A stretch of 64,000 nt of DNA from an uncultured Alphaproteobacteria bacterium (GCA_947627155.1 CANQUX010000005.1:13513-77512), one strand, 5' to 3'; positions 1-7,137 are shown, counted from the stretch's first letter. The notes: generated by a model from the sequence alone, not told the origin. Numbers and translations: made by a program.

Positions 1-846
1 ATTACAACGGGGTCTGCTTGAATCCTTGCAATCCGTATGCTCTATACATTCCACACACTCGTGATTTGCTACATCACAAACAGATCTTGGAGCACTGCAA
101 TTGCCATCTCCCACACACTCCACACACGTATTACTCTCTTTATCGCATACCTGTGACTCTTCACAATCTTCATCTTTTGCACACCAACCTTCGGGACGAT
201 TCGAATCATAATTGCCGTTCACATCCGCCGCATCGAACTCAACATAAATTTCATTATTTTCATCACTGGTACATGAATCACCTCCTGTGTAGGACAAACC
301 ATTGATATCCATTTCCAAACGGCCGTCCATGGCGGCAACAAGCGTTGTGAGGGGCTTACAAACACCTTTTGAAATGTTCCCCACGACAATATAATAAGCA
401 TCTGCCTCACGACAATTATAAAGCTCATTTTTACTCTCTTTATTACCTCTGATGATACAATCATAATCAACGGGATAACGATCATATTGTGTTGATAAAT
501 GCCCGCTGTAATCTTCATTTTCTGGTGTATCATCATAAGGATCACCTAATAACAATTCTTCATTCCCCAAAGCGTATTTTACCTTTAAATCGTTACGCAT
601 TAAGTTAATTTCATTGGCAATTTGATCGGCTTGATAGTAGTTCATGGCTAATTTATAGCCGACAATCCCGCCGATTGATAAAATAGCAATAATGGCGAGC
701 ACCCCGAGCATTTCAATCATGCTCCGCCCGCTTTGCGATTGTGTTTTGATGCTATTTTGCTTTTCTTCTTCCCCGCTCACGATTTGTTCTTTATTTCTTT
801 GCATTTCTGCGTAGTTTAGCTGATTTTTTCTTGCATATTTCGTCAT
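1..846 (-). CDS. Modular type IV pilin-like protein, paralog A. Partial: start codon at 846, 3' end lies beyond the window start. Carries a prepilin-type N-terminus followed by Cys-rich repeats
   Basis: Reverse-strand translation from the ATG at 846 gives MTKYARKNQ...SQSG|RSMIEMLGVLAIIAILSIGGIVGYKLAMNYYQADQIANEINLMRNDLKVKYALGNEELLLGDPYDD.... This is >95% identical to paralog D over about 270 aa. It then becomes C-like (CVEC..DC..P.C) repeats. A conserved RBS (aaagggag) and leader lie upstream. It is missing from the ORF track only because no stop codon falls in the window. Confidence 0.7.
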   Translation of the reverse strand, partial: MTKYARKNQLNYAEMQRNKEQIVSGEEEKQNSIKTQSQSGRSMIEMLGVLAIIAILSIGGIVGYKLAMNYYQADQIANEINLMRNDLKVKYALGNEELLLGDPYDDTPENEDYSGHLSTQYDRYPVDYDCIIRGNKESKNELYNCREADAYYIVVGNISKGVCKPLTTLVAAMDGRLEMDINGLSYTGGDSCTSDENNEIYVEFDAADVNGNYDSNRPEGWCAKDEDCEESQVCDKESNTCVECVGDGNCSAPRSVCDVANHECVECIEHTDCKDSSRPRCN

Positions 847-882
847 TTTTGACTCCCTTTCACTCTACGAATAGCATAAAAT

Positions 883-1038
883 AAACGTACCTTTAATGCA
901 ACGCGGATTCGGGGGTAAAATTACCCTCAAAAATTGTTGAAATAGCCTTTTTATAACTATTTGATATTGCATTTATTTTCCTCTAAACTAAATTTTTTTT
1001 GAAAGAATCAAAAAAAGTGTTGCAAAAATCGTACGTTT
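883..1038 (-). promoter_or_regulatory. Conserved leader segment of paralog A, bounded by 20 bp imperfect inverted repeats. The arms are AAACGTACCTTTAATGCAAC and GTTGCAAAAATCGTACGTTT. This is a candidate invertible or operator-controlled promoter/5'UTR
   Basis: The same about 156 bp IR-flanked segment is present upstream of all four pilin-like paralogs. The arms are almost invariant while the interior diverges. Confidence 0.5.
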
Positions 1039-1077
1039 TTTTTGTGCAACACTCCCCAAAATAAAACTCTTTTTTGC

Positions 1078-1105
1078 TTGACATTATTTTGAATATCCTT
1101 ATACT
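1078..1105 (+). promoter_or_regulatory. Sigma70-like promoter (TTGACA-16 bp-TATACT) firing rightward toward the IR hairpin and repeat R1
   Basis: Consensus -35 TTGACA at 1078-1083 and -10 TATACT at 1100-1105. Confidence 0.4.
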
Positions 1106-1192
1106 TTTAGACAGGGTAACTGATATGCGCCCCCAAAGTGTAAACTTTTCTTGTAAAAGAATAGATTTTATGCTTTTTTTATAAAACCGGAT

Positions 1193-1255
1193 GATCGAAA
1201 GATGGTAAGATTTAGTATTAACATTATTTCGAATGATAATTACCATCTTTCGGTC
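1193..1255. repeat. 16 bp inverted repeat (GATCGAAAGATGGTAA / TTACCATCTTTCGGTC, 15/16 matches) with an about 31 nt spacer; predicted large hairpin
   Basis: Direct inspection of the sequence. Confidence 0.6.
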
Positions 1256-1333
1256 GCCTCTCATTAAAGTCATTATTTTTTCTCTATTGTTCACAATATT
1301 TTCCCCCTTTTAACAGGCGATGATTCTTTTCTT

Positions 1334-1672
1334 TTATTTTCGACGGAAAGTGCTGTCCCGTGAAACGTGGGATAGCGCGGTGTGCCGAAAATAAGAAACG
1401 GAAAGCAGCAATATTGATATTTTCTCTGATTTTCGGCACATAGCGGGACGTCACTTTTCGCGACGTCCCACACCCGCCGAGAATCAGAGAAAGGAAGCAA
1501 GGCAAACAGATAATTTTTCTCTTTCATGGGTGAAAATCGTGTTGTTAAGCAATTTTCCCCTTTGTCGGTGGGTGGAAAGTAATGAAACACTCCCTCTTTT
1601 CCTCTATCGGCGGGTGTGATGCGCTGCTGAAAGGAGCGCATCGCTATGGGCCGATAGGAGAAAATGAGCGGC
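1334..1672. repeat. GC-rich structured repeat element R, copy 1 (about 339 bp). Candidate ncRNA or regulatory element; the second copy is at 48563..48902
   Basis: About 93% nucleotide identity to copy 2. It contains several perfect or near-perfect hairpins: GGGACGTCACTTTTCGCGACGTCCC, GATGCGCT..AGCGCATC, and TCTCTGATTTTCGG..CCGAGAATCAGAGA. GC content is far above that of the surrounding intergenic DNA. Confidence 0.6.
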
Positions 1673-1685
1673 AGGCGGGCTGGTC

Positions 1686-3098
1686 TCACTCACATAACGC
1701 GGAGTAGGAGGCGTTGCCATTGGTGGTGTAGACGTAACCATAGTCAAGGGAGACGTTGTACGCGAAGCAGGAATCTATTTTATTTTCCAACCAGACTCTG
1801 TCTCTTGTCTTACTGCTAAAATCATCTTTCAAATCCGTCCTTGTCTGACTGTTACATGTGCCAAGCCCCACCACACTGCCACACCCGATGCTTGCCCGCG
1901 TTGCTTGCTTCCTTCCTAATGCCTCGCAGAACCGCCCTGCACTCCACCAGTTCATCTCCGTACTTTCTGCATCTTCCGGCCACGCTAATGCAAAGCCGGT
2001 TTTCTTTCCTATTACTTTATCTTTGCTCGCATTCCGGCATTCACTCTTATGAAAGCTATTTCCTCCAAATTTATTAGGGTCAAATTCTTTGCCGTCACCA
2101 CATTGATACCCCCAATACATGTAGCAATACTCTCCCAGCCCGCAATCAGCATTGCTTTCGCATTCTCCGACGCGCTCCTTATCACATCCGCCGTTTTCAA
2201 GTGATGCTTTCCATTCTTTACTTGTGTCACTGCTACAAACGCATTTTCCACCCTCCGGTTTACTGTCTTCCGGACATTCTGTGCATTTAGTGCCGTCCCA
2301 ATATGGTGTAGCAGTGCTGCATACACAGTCTTCGCCATCTTCGCTAAGCTCTGCTCCCGCCGGACAAGCACACTTTCTACCGGTCCATACCTTTCCGCCC
2401 GAACAACCCGCGCAACAGCCGCCGTTACAGGTTTTCTCGGTGTCCTCACAGGTGCATTCGCCCTTATCGTCACTCAACGTTGTACCTCTCGGACATTCTG
2501 CCGGCACGGGGTCATCATCTTGCGGCGCATCGCCTTGTTCCGTGTCTGTTGGCGGATTGCTGCTTCCGCCGCTCACCCCGCCTATATCTTTGGTCGAAAA
2601 GGCGACCATTACTTCATTCGTTTCACCGCAGAAATTATCCTGCTCATCATAATAACTTTTGTCACCTATTTTTATATCAGCCGTATCGTCCATGTTATCT
2701 AACAAGGCTACCAACGGTTTACACACTCCCTCAGGAATGTTTGATAACGTAAACGAATAGCCTTTTTCCGTTTCACCCAATATCTCAATCGGATAAGCTA
2801 TCTCAATGCCATAATTACTGCCAAAATTTAAGTGTTTTTCATCGTCGTATGGCGAGCCGAGCAATAATTCGTCCACCCCGCGCGCAACTTTCATTTTTGC
2901 ATCGGTACGCATCAGGTTAATTTCATTTGCAATCTGATTCGCTTGATATCGATTCATGGCCATTCTGTATCCTGCTATACCGCCAATGCTTAACACCCCG
3001 ATAATAGCCAAAACGCCCAACATTTCAATCATTGAACGGCCTTCTTGAGCTTGATTTTGAACTTGTTTGAACTCTTTTTTCTTTATTTTATTGCTCAT
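1686..3098 (-). CDS. Modular type IV pilin-like protein, paralog B (470 aa). Domains in order: prepilin-type N-terminus, Cys-rich region, C-terminal C-type-lectin-like domain
   Basis: The N-terminus QEG|RSMIEMLGVLAIIGVLSIGGIAGY has the prepilin peptidase site and Glu+5. Many CxxC/DC motifs follow. The C-terminus MNWWSAGRFCEALG...SALCE is CTLD-like. An RBS and the conserved leader lie upstream. Confidence 0.8.
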   Translation of the reverse strand: MSNKIKKKEFKQVQNQAQEGRSMIEMLGVLAIIGVLSIGGIAGYRMAMNRYQANQIANEINLMRTDAKMKVARGVDELLLGSPYDDEKHLNFGSNYGIEIAYPIEILGETEKGYSFTLSNIPEGVCKPLVALLDNMDDTADIKIGDKSYYDEQDNFCGETNEVMVAFSTKDIGGVSGGSSNPPTDTEQGDAPQDDDPVPAECPRGTTLSDDKGECTCEDTEKTCNGGCCAGCSGGKVWTGRKCACPAGAELSEDGEDCVCSTATPYWDGTKCTECPEDSKPEGGKCVCSSDTSKEWKASLENGGCDKERVGECESNADCGLGEYCYMYWGYQCGDGKEFDPNKFGGNSFHKSECRNASKDKVIGKKTGFALAWPEDAESTEMNWWSAGRFCEALGRKQATRASIGCGSVVGLGTCNSQTRTDLKDDFSSKTRDRVWLENKIDSCFAYNVSLDYGYVYTTNGNASYSALCE

Positions 3099-3131
3099 TT
3101 TCTGCTCCCTTTCATAACAAATAGCATAAAT

Positions 3132-3288
3132 TAAACGTACCTTTAATGCAACGCGGTTTCGGGGATAATTTTACCCCTAAAAAGTGTTGAAACAAGCCTG
3201 TTATAACCCGTTGATATTGCATTAAAATTACCTCCATATAAATTTTTTTTGAAAAAATCAAAAAAAAGTGTTGCAAAAATCGTACGTT
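3132..3288 (-). promoter_or_regulatory. Conserved IR-flanked leader segment of paralog B
   Basis: Arms AAACGTACCTTTAATGCAAC (3132-3151) and GTTGCAAAAATCGTACGTTT (3269-3288). It is homologous to leaders A, C and D. Confidence 0.5.
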
Positions 3289-3303
3289 TTTTTGATGCAT
3301 ATT

Positions 3304-3330
3304 CAAAAAAAATCGCCTTGATGAGAGGCG
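3304..3330 (-). terminator. Putative Rho-independent terminator on the minus strand (CGCCTCTCATCAAGGCG hairpin followed by a T-run). No upstream minus-strand gene is evident
   Basis: GC stem with an A8 run on the plus strand (T-run on minus). Confidence 0.3.
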
Positions 3331-3637
3331 ACCGGAAGTTGCTAACTATCTATTCGACATAGTGCAGTATATTGACCAAAAGGTTTATTTTACTACCTTC
3401 CGGCCAGTTGACCATTTCCTTTTTTGATATCAATCAAAAAAGGCACAATTATTTATCCTTTTTCAAGGATACGAATAGAGAGGTTAGCATACCTCGGGGC
3501 ACACATCACTTGCCTTGCCTTTGAGTATAAAGGCAGTCAAAACTAATGTCAAGCAGAAAATTTGCCTCCTTTCACAAATGAAAAGGCCATTAAAATAACA
3601 ATAAACAAAACAACCGGAGCGTTTTTCAAAAAACAAC

Positions 3638-3665
3638 TTGATTTTTTGGGCCTTTTGCATATAAT
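3638..3665 (+). promoter_or_regulatory. Sigma70-like promoter (TTGATT-16 bp-TATAAT) upstream of the SNF transporter gene
   Basis: Hexamers at 3638-3643 and 3660-3665. Confidence 0.35.
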
Positions 3666-3702
3666 ACGATTGAAATATTCATTTTTTTCAAAGGATTTTT
3701 AA

Positions 3703-5109
3703 ATGAAACGAGCACAATGGGGCGGACAAATCGGTTTTATTCTGGCAACGGCCGGATCGGCTATCGGATTGGGTAATGTTTGGCGTTTTCCCTATATGGC
3801 CGGCCAAAACGGCGGCGGTACATTTTTATTTTTATATCTGCTCTGTGTGTTCGGGTTGGGCTATTTTTTACTGTTGTCCAAACTGGCTTTCGGCCGATGC
3901 GCTCATACAAATATGGTTGACGGTTTTTCGGTTGTTGCCGCCAAAAATAAAAAAATTATCTCGCCTTGGTGGGGAAAAACGGCCGGCGCGTTAACTTTGT
4001 TTAACACATTACTGGTTCCCGGGGTTTATGTGGTTGTCATCGGCTGGACTTTGTTTTATTTGGTTCATGCCGTTTTATATTTGCTTCATCTTTCCGATAC
4101 GCCTTTAAACAAAACCTTGTTTGAAGGTTTAACTGCCTCTTTCGGCGAACAGTTGTTTTGGAGTGTTATTTGCATTGTTGCCACTATGGGCATTATTATG
4201 CGCGGCATTCGAAAAGGCATTGAAAAAATATCGCTGCTGCTGATGCCGATTTTATTTGTTTTGCTTGTTTTTATGGCCGTTCGAATGCTTCTGATGCCCG
4301 ATGCTTTTAAAGGCATTGAATTTTTCTTAAAACCCGATTTCACCGCCATGGGCTTCACCGCCGACGGCTTTCAATTTAAAACGTTCGCAGCGTTATTGTT
4401 ACAAGTGATGGGGCAAGCCGTTTATTCTTTATCGTTGGGCTTGGGTGTTTTGTTTGTTTACGGATCATATTTATCCGATAAAGAAAATTTGTTGAAATCC
4501 ACTGCGTGGATTGCCTCACTGGATACGTTGGTTGCGCTGCTTTCCGGCTTTATTGTTTTACCGGCCGTTTTTGCCTTTCATTTACCGCCCGAATCCGGCC
4601 CGACTTTGAGTTTTATTACGCTGCCGATGGTGTTTGAACAAATGCTCGGCGGTGCTTTTTTAACGGTTGTTTTCTTTGCACTGCTTTTTATTGCCGCCAT
4701 TACGTCGTTAATTTCCATGTATGAAGCCGCCGTGAACGTTATTTCCGAAAAAATGCATTTAAATCGCACACACGCTGTTTGTCTTGTCGGCGGGTTGAAC
4801 AGTATGATAACCGGTATTATTTTGCTTTCTTTTTCAAAAACGGTTCCGTGGCAAATTAACAATATGGACCTGTTTTCTTTTGCCGATGTTTTAACCGGTT
4901 CTTTTACCATGGGATTTTTGGTTTTATATACAACACTGTTTATGGGCTGGGTTGTTTCAACGGCAGTGATTCAAAACATTCAAAAGGGTCTTTCCAAACC
5001 GTTGCCGAAGTTTTTTAAACGCTATTTAAGATTTACGTTGCGTTTTACCGCGCCGCTTCTTTTAATTGTTTTGTTTATCACGGCATTGACCGATTTAATC
5101 AATCAATAA
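3703..5109 (+). CDS. Sodium-dependent transporter, neurotransmitter:sodium symporter (SNF/NSS) family
   Basis: N-terminal hallmark GSAIGLGNVWRFPY; polytopic hydrophobic protein. Confidence 0.85.
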   Translation: MKRAQWGGQIGFILATAGSAIGLGNVWRFPYMAGQNGGGTFLFLYLLCVFGLGYFLLLSKLAFGRCAHTNMVDGFSVVAAKNKKIISPWWGKTAGALTLFNTLLVPGVYVVVIGWTLFYLVHAVLYLLHLSDTPLNKTLFEGLTASFGEQLFWSVICIVATMGIIMRGIRKGIEKISLLLMPILFVLLVFMAVRMLLMPDAFKGIEFFLKPDFTAMGFTADGFQFKTFAALLLQVMGQAVYSLSLGLGVLFVYGSYLSDKENLLKSTAWIASLDTLVALLSGFIVLPAVFAFHLPPESGPTLSFITLPMVFEQMLGGAFLTVVFFALLFIAAITSLISMYEAAVNVISEKMHLNRTHAVCLVGGLNSMITGIILLSFSKTVPWQINNMDLFSFADVLTGSFTMGFLVLYTTLFMGWVVSTAVIQNIQKGLSKPLPKFFKRYLRFTLRFTAPLLLIVLFITALTDLINQ

Positions 5110-5118
5110 CACGCATCA

Positions 5119-5153
5119 AAAAAGGCGATTCGAAAAATTCAAACCGCCTTTTA
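5119..5153. terminator. Bidirectional Rho-independent terminator between the SNF gene and atpF
   Basis: AAAGGCG..CGCCTTT stem flanked by A- and T-runs. Confidence 0.5.
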
Positions 5154-5167
5154 AAACACTCTTTTTT

Positions 5168-5668
5168 TTATTTAAATGTTGCCTGCTCCAAAACATGAAA
5201 GACTTTATCCAAAGCCTTATCCATTTCCTTTTCGGAGGGAGGCGCCGATTCATCTTGAAGCAATTCTTTTGTTTTATTCACAACCTGCTTTAACAAAACA
5301 GCCGTGATATCCTGCCCGGCGTTTGTTTCAATGGCTTTGATTCTGTCTTGCACGTCTTTTTTACGCACTGCCAAACGTTGACAGATTTTTTCATCGGCAT
5401 CTTGCTGAATTAAAACAGCCTCTTTTTTCGCTTCGTTGATAATTTCAAGACATTCTTTATCCGAATTTTTGGTGCGTTCCCGATATTCTTCATACAGTGC
5501 TTCCGCCTGCTCTCTTAACTGATGCGACTCATCTATTTCTTTTTTAATGAGCGCCGCACGGGATTTTCCCCAACCAGAGAGCTTTTGTTTCAAGGGTTTT
5601 ATCATAATTAAAACCACCGCACAAAATGCAAAGGCAACCCAAAATTCCGGATTTTGCAATTCTGTCAT
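5168..5668 (-). CDS. atpF: F0F1 ATP synthase subunit b
   Basis: Single N-terminal TM helix followed by a long charged coiled-coil. Sits last in the atpI-B-E-F'-F cluster. Confidence 0.75.
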   Translation of the reverse strand: MTELQNPEFWVAFAFCAVVLIMIKPLKQKLSGWGKSRAALIKKEIDESHQLREQAEALYEEYRERTKNSDKECLEIINEAKKEAVLIQQDADEKICQRLAVRKKDVQDRIKAIETNAGQDITAVLLKQVVNKTKELLQDESAPPSEKEMDKALDKVFHVLEQATFK

Positions 5669-6126
5669 TTCTTATCCTTTTGACTTTTTCGTTCTTTTCC
5701 GATAAGTTTATGCGTTAACTCTCGAGCCAGAACGGCCGCAACCTGATCGGATTCGCGCATCACCGATTCTTTGACCCGTTTCATTTTTCGTTCGGCTTCT
5801 TCAATTTGCAGCCGAAACGTTTGTTCATGATCGGAATCAATGTGCGCCGCATATTTTTGAATATCCTGATATGTTTCATTCAAAATCTCGGCTTTAGTTT
5901 GCCGTGCCGAATAAATGCGACCGTTATAATCCTGAATGAGCTGCGCTGCCTGATTATTGACCGCTTCCGCAACCGATAAATCATTTTTAATTTTATGTTC
6001 GCGTTCCGCAAAAACATCTTGAATGAGCGGCATAAGAATAGAAACCGTCAAGACGTAAAAAACGCCGAAACATAAAAGCATCCAAAAAGCTTCGCCCAAA
6101 AACCAGTTCGTATCAAACTGCGGCAT
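5665..6126 (-). CDS. atpF2: F0F1 ATP synthase subunit b'
   Basis: Second b-type subunit (N-terminal TM helix plus coiled-coil) adjacent to atpF. A b/b' pair is typical of Alphaproteobacteria. Confidence 0.7.
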   Translation of the reverse strand: MPQFDTNWFLGEAFWMLLCFGVFYVLTVSILMPLIQDVFAEREHKIKNDLSVAEAVNNQAAQLIQDYNGRIYSARQTKAEILNETYQDIQKYAAHIDSDHEQTFRLQIEEAERKMKRVKESVMRESDQVAAVLARELTHKLIGKERKSQKDKK

Positions 6127-6146
6127 TGATTTTTAACCCGAATTGC

Positions 6147-6392
6147 TTATAAGAATAACAACATAATGGCCAAACCCAACGCATATAACGCGATGGCTTC
6201 CGTCATGGCGGCACCGCCCCACGCAAACACGCTGACATCTTGCTTAACATTCGGATTGCGACTGACACAGGTGATAATTGTCGTAAACACCGATGCCACG
6301 CCTTTGGCCACCGATAACATAACCAGACTGATTAAACCGACTGATAAATATTTAACGGCTTCGGCAATATAATTCATTGATTCTGTTTCCAT
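6147..6392 (-). CDS. atpE: F0F1 ATP synthase subunit c
   Basis: Small two-helix hairpin proteolipid (about 75-80 aa) lying between atpB and atpF'. Confidence 0.8.
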   Translation of the reverse strand: METESMNYIAEAVKYLSVGLISLVMLSVAKGVASVFTTIITCVSRNPNVKQDVSVFAWGGAAMTEAIALYALGLAIMLLFL

Positions 6393-6414
6393 TTTAATTC
6401 TCCTTATTTCAATA

Positions 6415-7137
6415 TTAATGCGAATGCACCGCTTCTCCGATATAAATACTGGTTAAAATCGTATAAATATACGCTTGCAGAAAAGCAATGAACACCTCAA
6501 ACAAAAGTAACACCCCCACAACAAGCAGAGGTAGTCCGCCGGCCAGTCCCAGCGAATAAACGAAGCCGGCAATAATTTTCAACAGAATATGGCCGACAAT
6601 CATATTCATAACCAATCGTACCGTTAAACTGAACGGTTTGGCCAGAAACGAAAAAATTTCAATTGGAACAACAATCGGCGCCATAATCAACGGAATGCCC
6701 TCCGGCAAAAAGGTGCGAAACCAACGCACACCGTGATTGGCTAATCCGATGCCGATTGACACGATTAAGCCTAAAACGGCAAACGTGCCGACCGGTGCCA
6801 ATTGACTGGTATATGTAAACGCATAGGGAAACAAACCCAGAAAGTTTCCGAAAAATACCATTAAAAAAACCGTTAAAATAAAGGGCAAATACCGTTCATA
6901 TCCCGCACCGATACAATCTTTTGCCGTTGTTCGGACAAAGCCGAATAACGCTTCACCCACCGATTGAGCCGTTGAGGGAATTAACAACTGCCGCCGCATT
7001 AAAAACCACATAATGCCAAAACCGCATAATACGGATAAAACCATAAACAAAGAAGCGTTTGTAAAACTTAAATCAATTCCGTCTATTTCAATCGGAATAA
7101 TGGATTTCACTTCAAACTGGTGCAGCGGACTGCTCAT
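6415..7137 (-). CDS. atpB: F0F1 ATP synthase subunit a
   Basis: 240 aa polytopic protein with a conserved Arg-containing C-terminal helix region; fits the operon context. Confidence 0.85.
   Translation of the reverse strand: MSSPLHQFEVKSIIPIEIDGIDLSFTNASLFMVLSVLCGFGIMWFLMRRQLLIPSTAQSVGEALFGFVRTTAKDCIGAGYERYLPFILTVFLMVFFGNFLGLFPYAFTYTSQLAPVGTFAVLGLIVSIGIGLANHGVRWFRTFLPEGIPLIMAPIVVPIEIFSFLAKPFSLTVRLVMNMIVGHILLKIIAGFVYSLGLAGGLPLLVVGVLLLFEVFIAFLQAYIYTILTSIYIGEAVHSH

Noticed and set aside
18-545. ORF-track entries 18..305 (+) and 219..545 (-), and the analogous 47565..47849 (+), 47862..48095 (-) and 49345..49689 (+): His/Cys-rich or hydrophobic 'proteins'
   Set aside because: They are alternate-frame or antisense readings of the Cys-rich repeat regions of the pilin-like genes. 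Their similarity to each other simply mirrors the paralogy of the true frames. The real gene at 1..846 is on the minus strand in another frame.
1019-1038. Sigma-54 promoter in the conserved leader (ACGTACGATTTTTGCA resembles GGCACG-N4-TTGCA)
   Set aside because: The invariant -24 GG dinucleotide is absent (the sequence has CG/GT instead). Only the -12 TTGCA-like element matches, which is too weak a match to call.
1334-1672. Identity of the R element as RNase P RNA, tmRNA, 6S or SRP RNA, a group II intron domain V, or a retron ncRNA
   Set aside because: None of the conserved signature motifs could be found by eye: no RNase P CR-I/CR-V, no tmRNA resume codon or tRNA-like end, and no domain V AGC triad geometry. 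No reverse transcriptase is nearby.
1291-1689. 132-aa minus-strand ORF spanning repeat element R1 (a possible protein-coding reading of the repeat)
   Set aside because: The homologous copy R2 carries an indel that splits the same frame into two ORFs (48553..48756 and 48713..48997). There are no recognisable motifs. Conservation is better explained at the RNA or DNA level.
2012-2752. Nested ORFs inside gene B (2012..2473 -, 2152..2652 +, 2480..2752 +)
   Set aside because: These are overlapping alternate frames of a confidently assigned CDS, with low-complexity translations.
1686-3098. Diversity-generating retroelement (DGR) hypothesis for the C-type-lectin-like C-termini
   Set aside because: CTLD-fold variable proteins are DGR targets. 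However, no reverse transcriptase ORF and no template/variable repeat pair (adenine-specific mismatches) is visible in the window. The R element shows no similarity to the gene 3' ends.
3313-3329. Hammerhead-ribozyme-like TGATGAG core
   Set aside because: Only the CUGAUGA-like heptamer is present, inside a simple hairpin loop. There is no GAAA or stem III partner or cleavage-site context. It is better read as a terminator hairpin.
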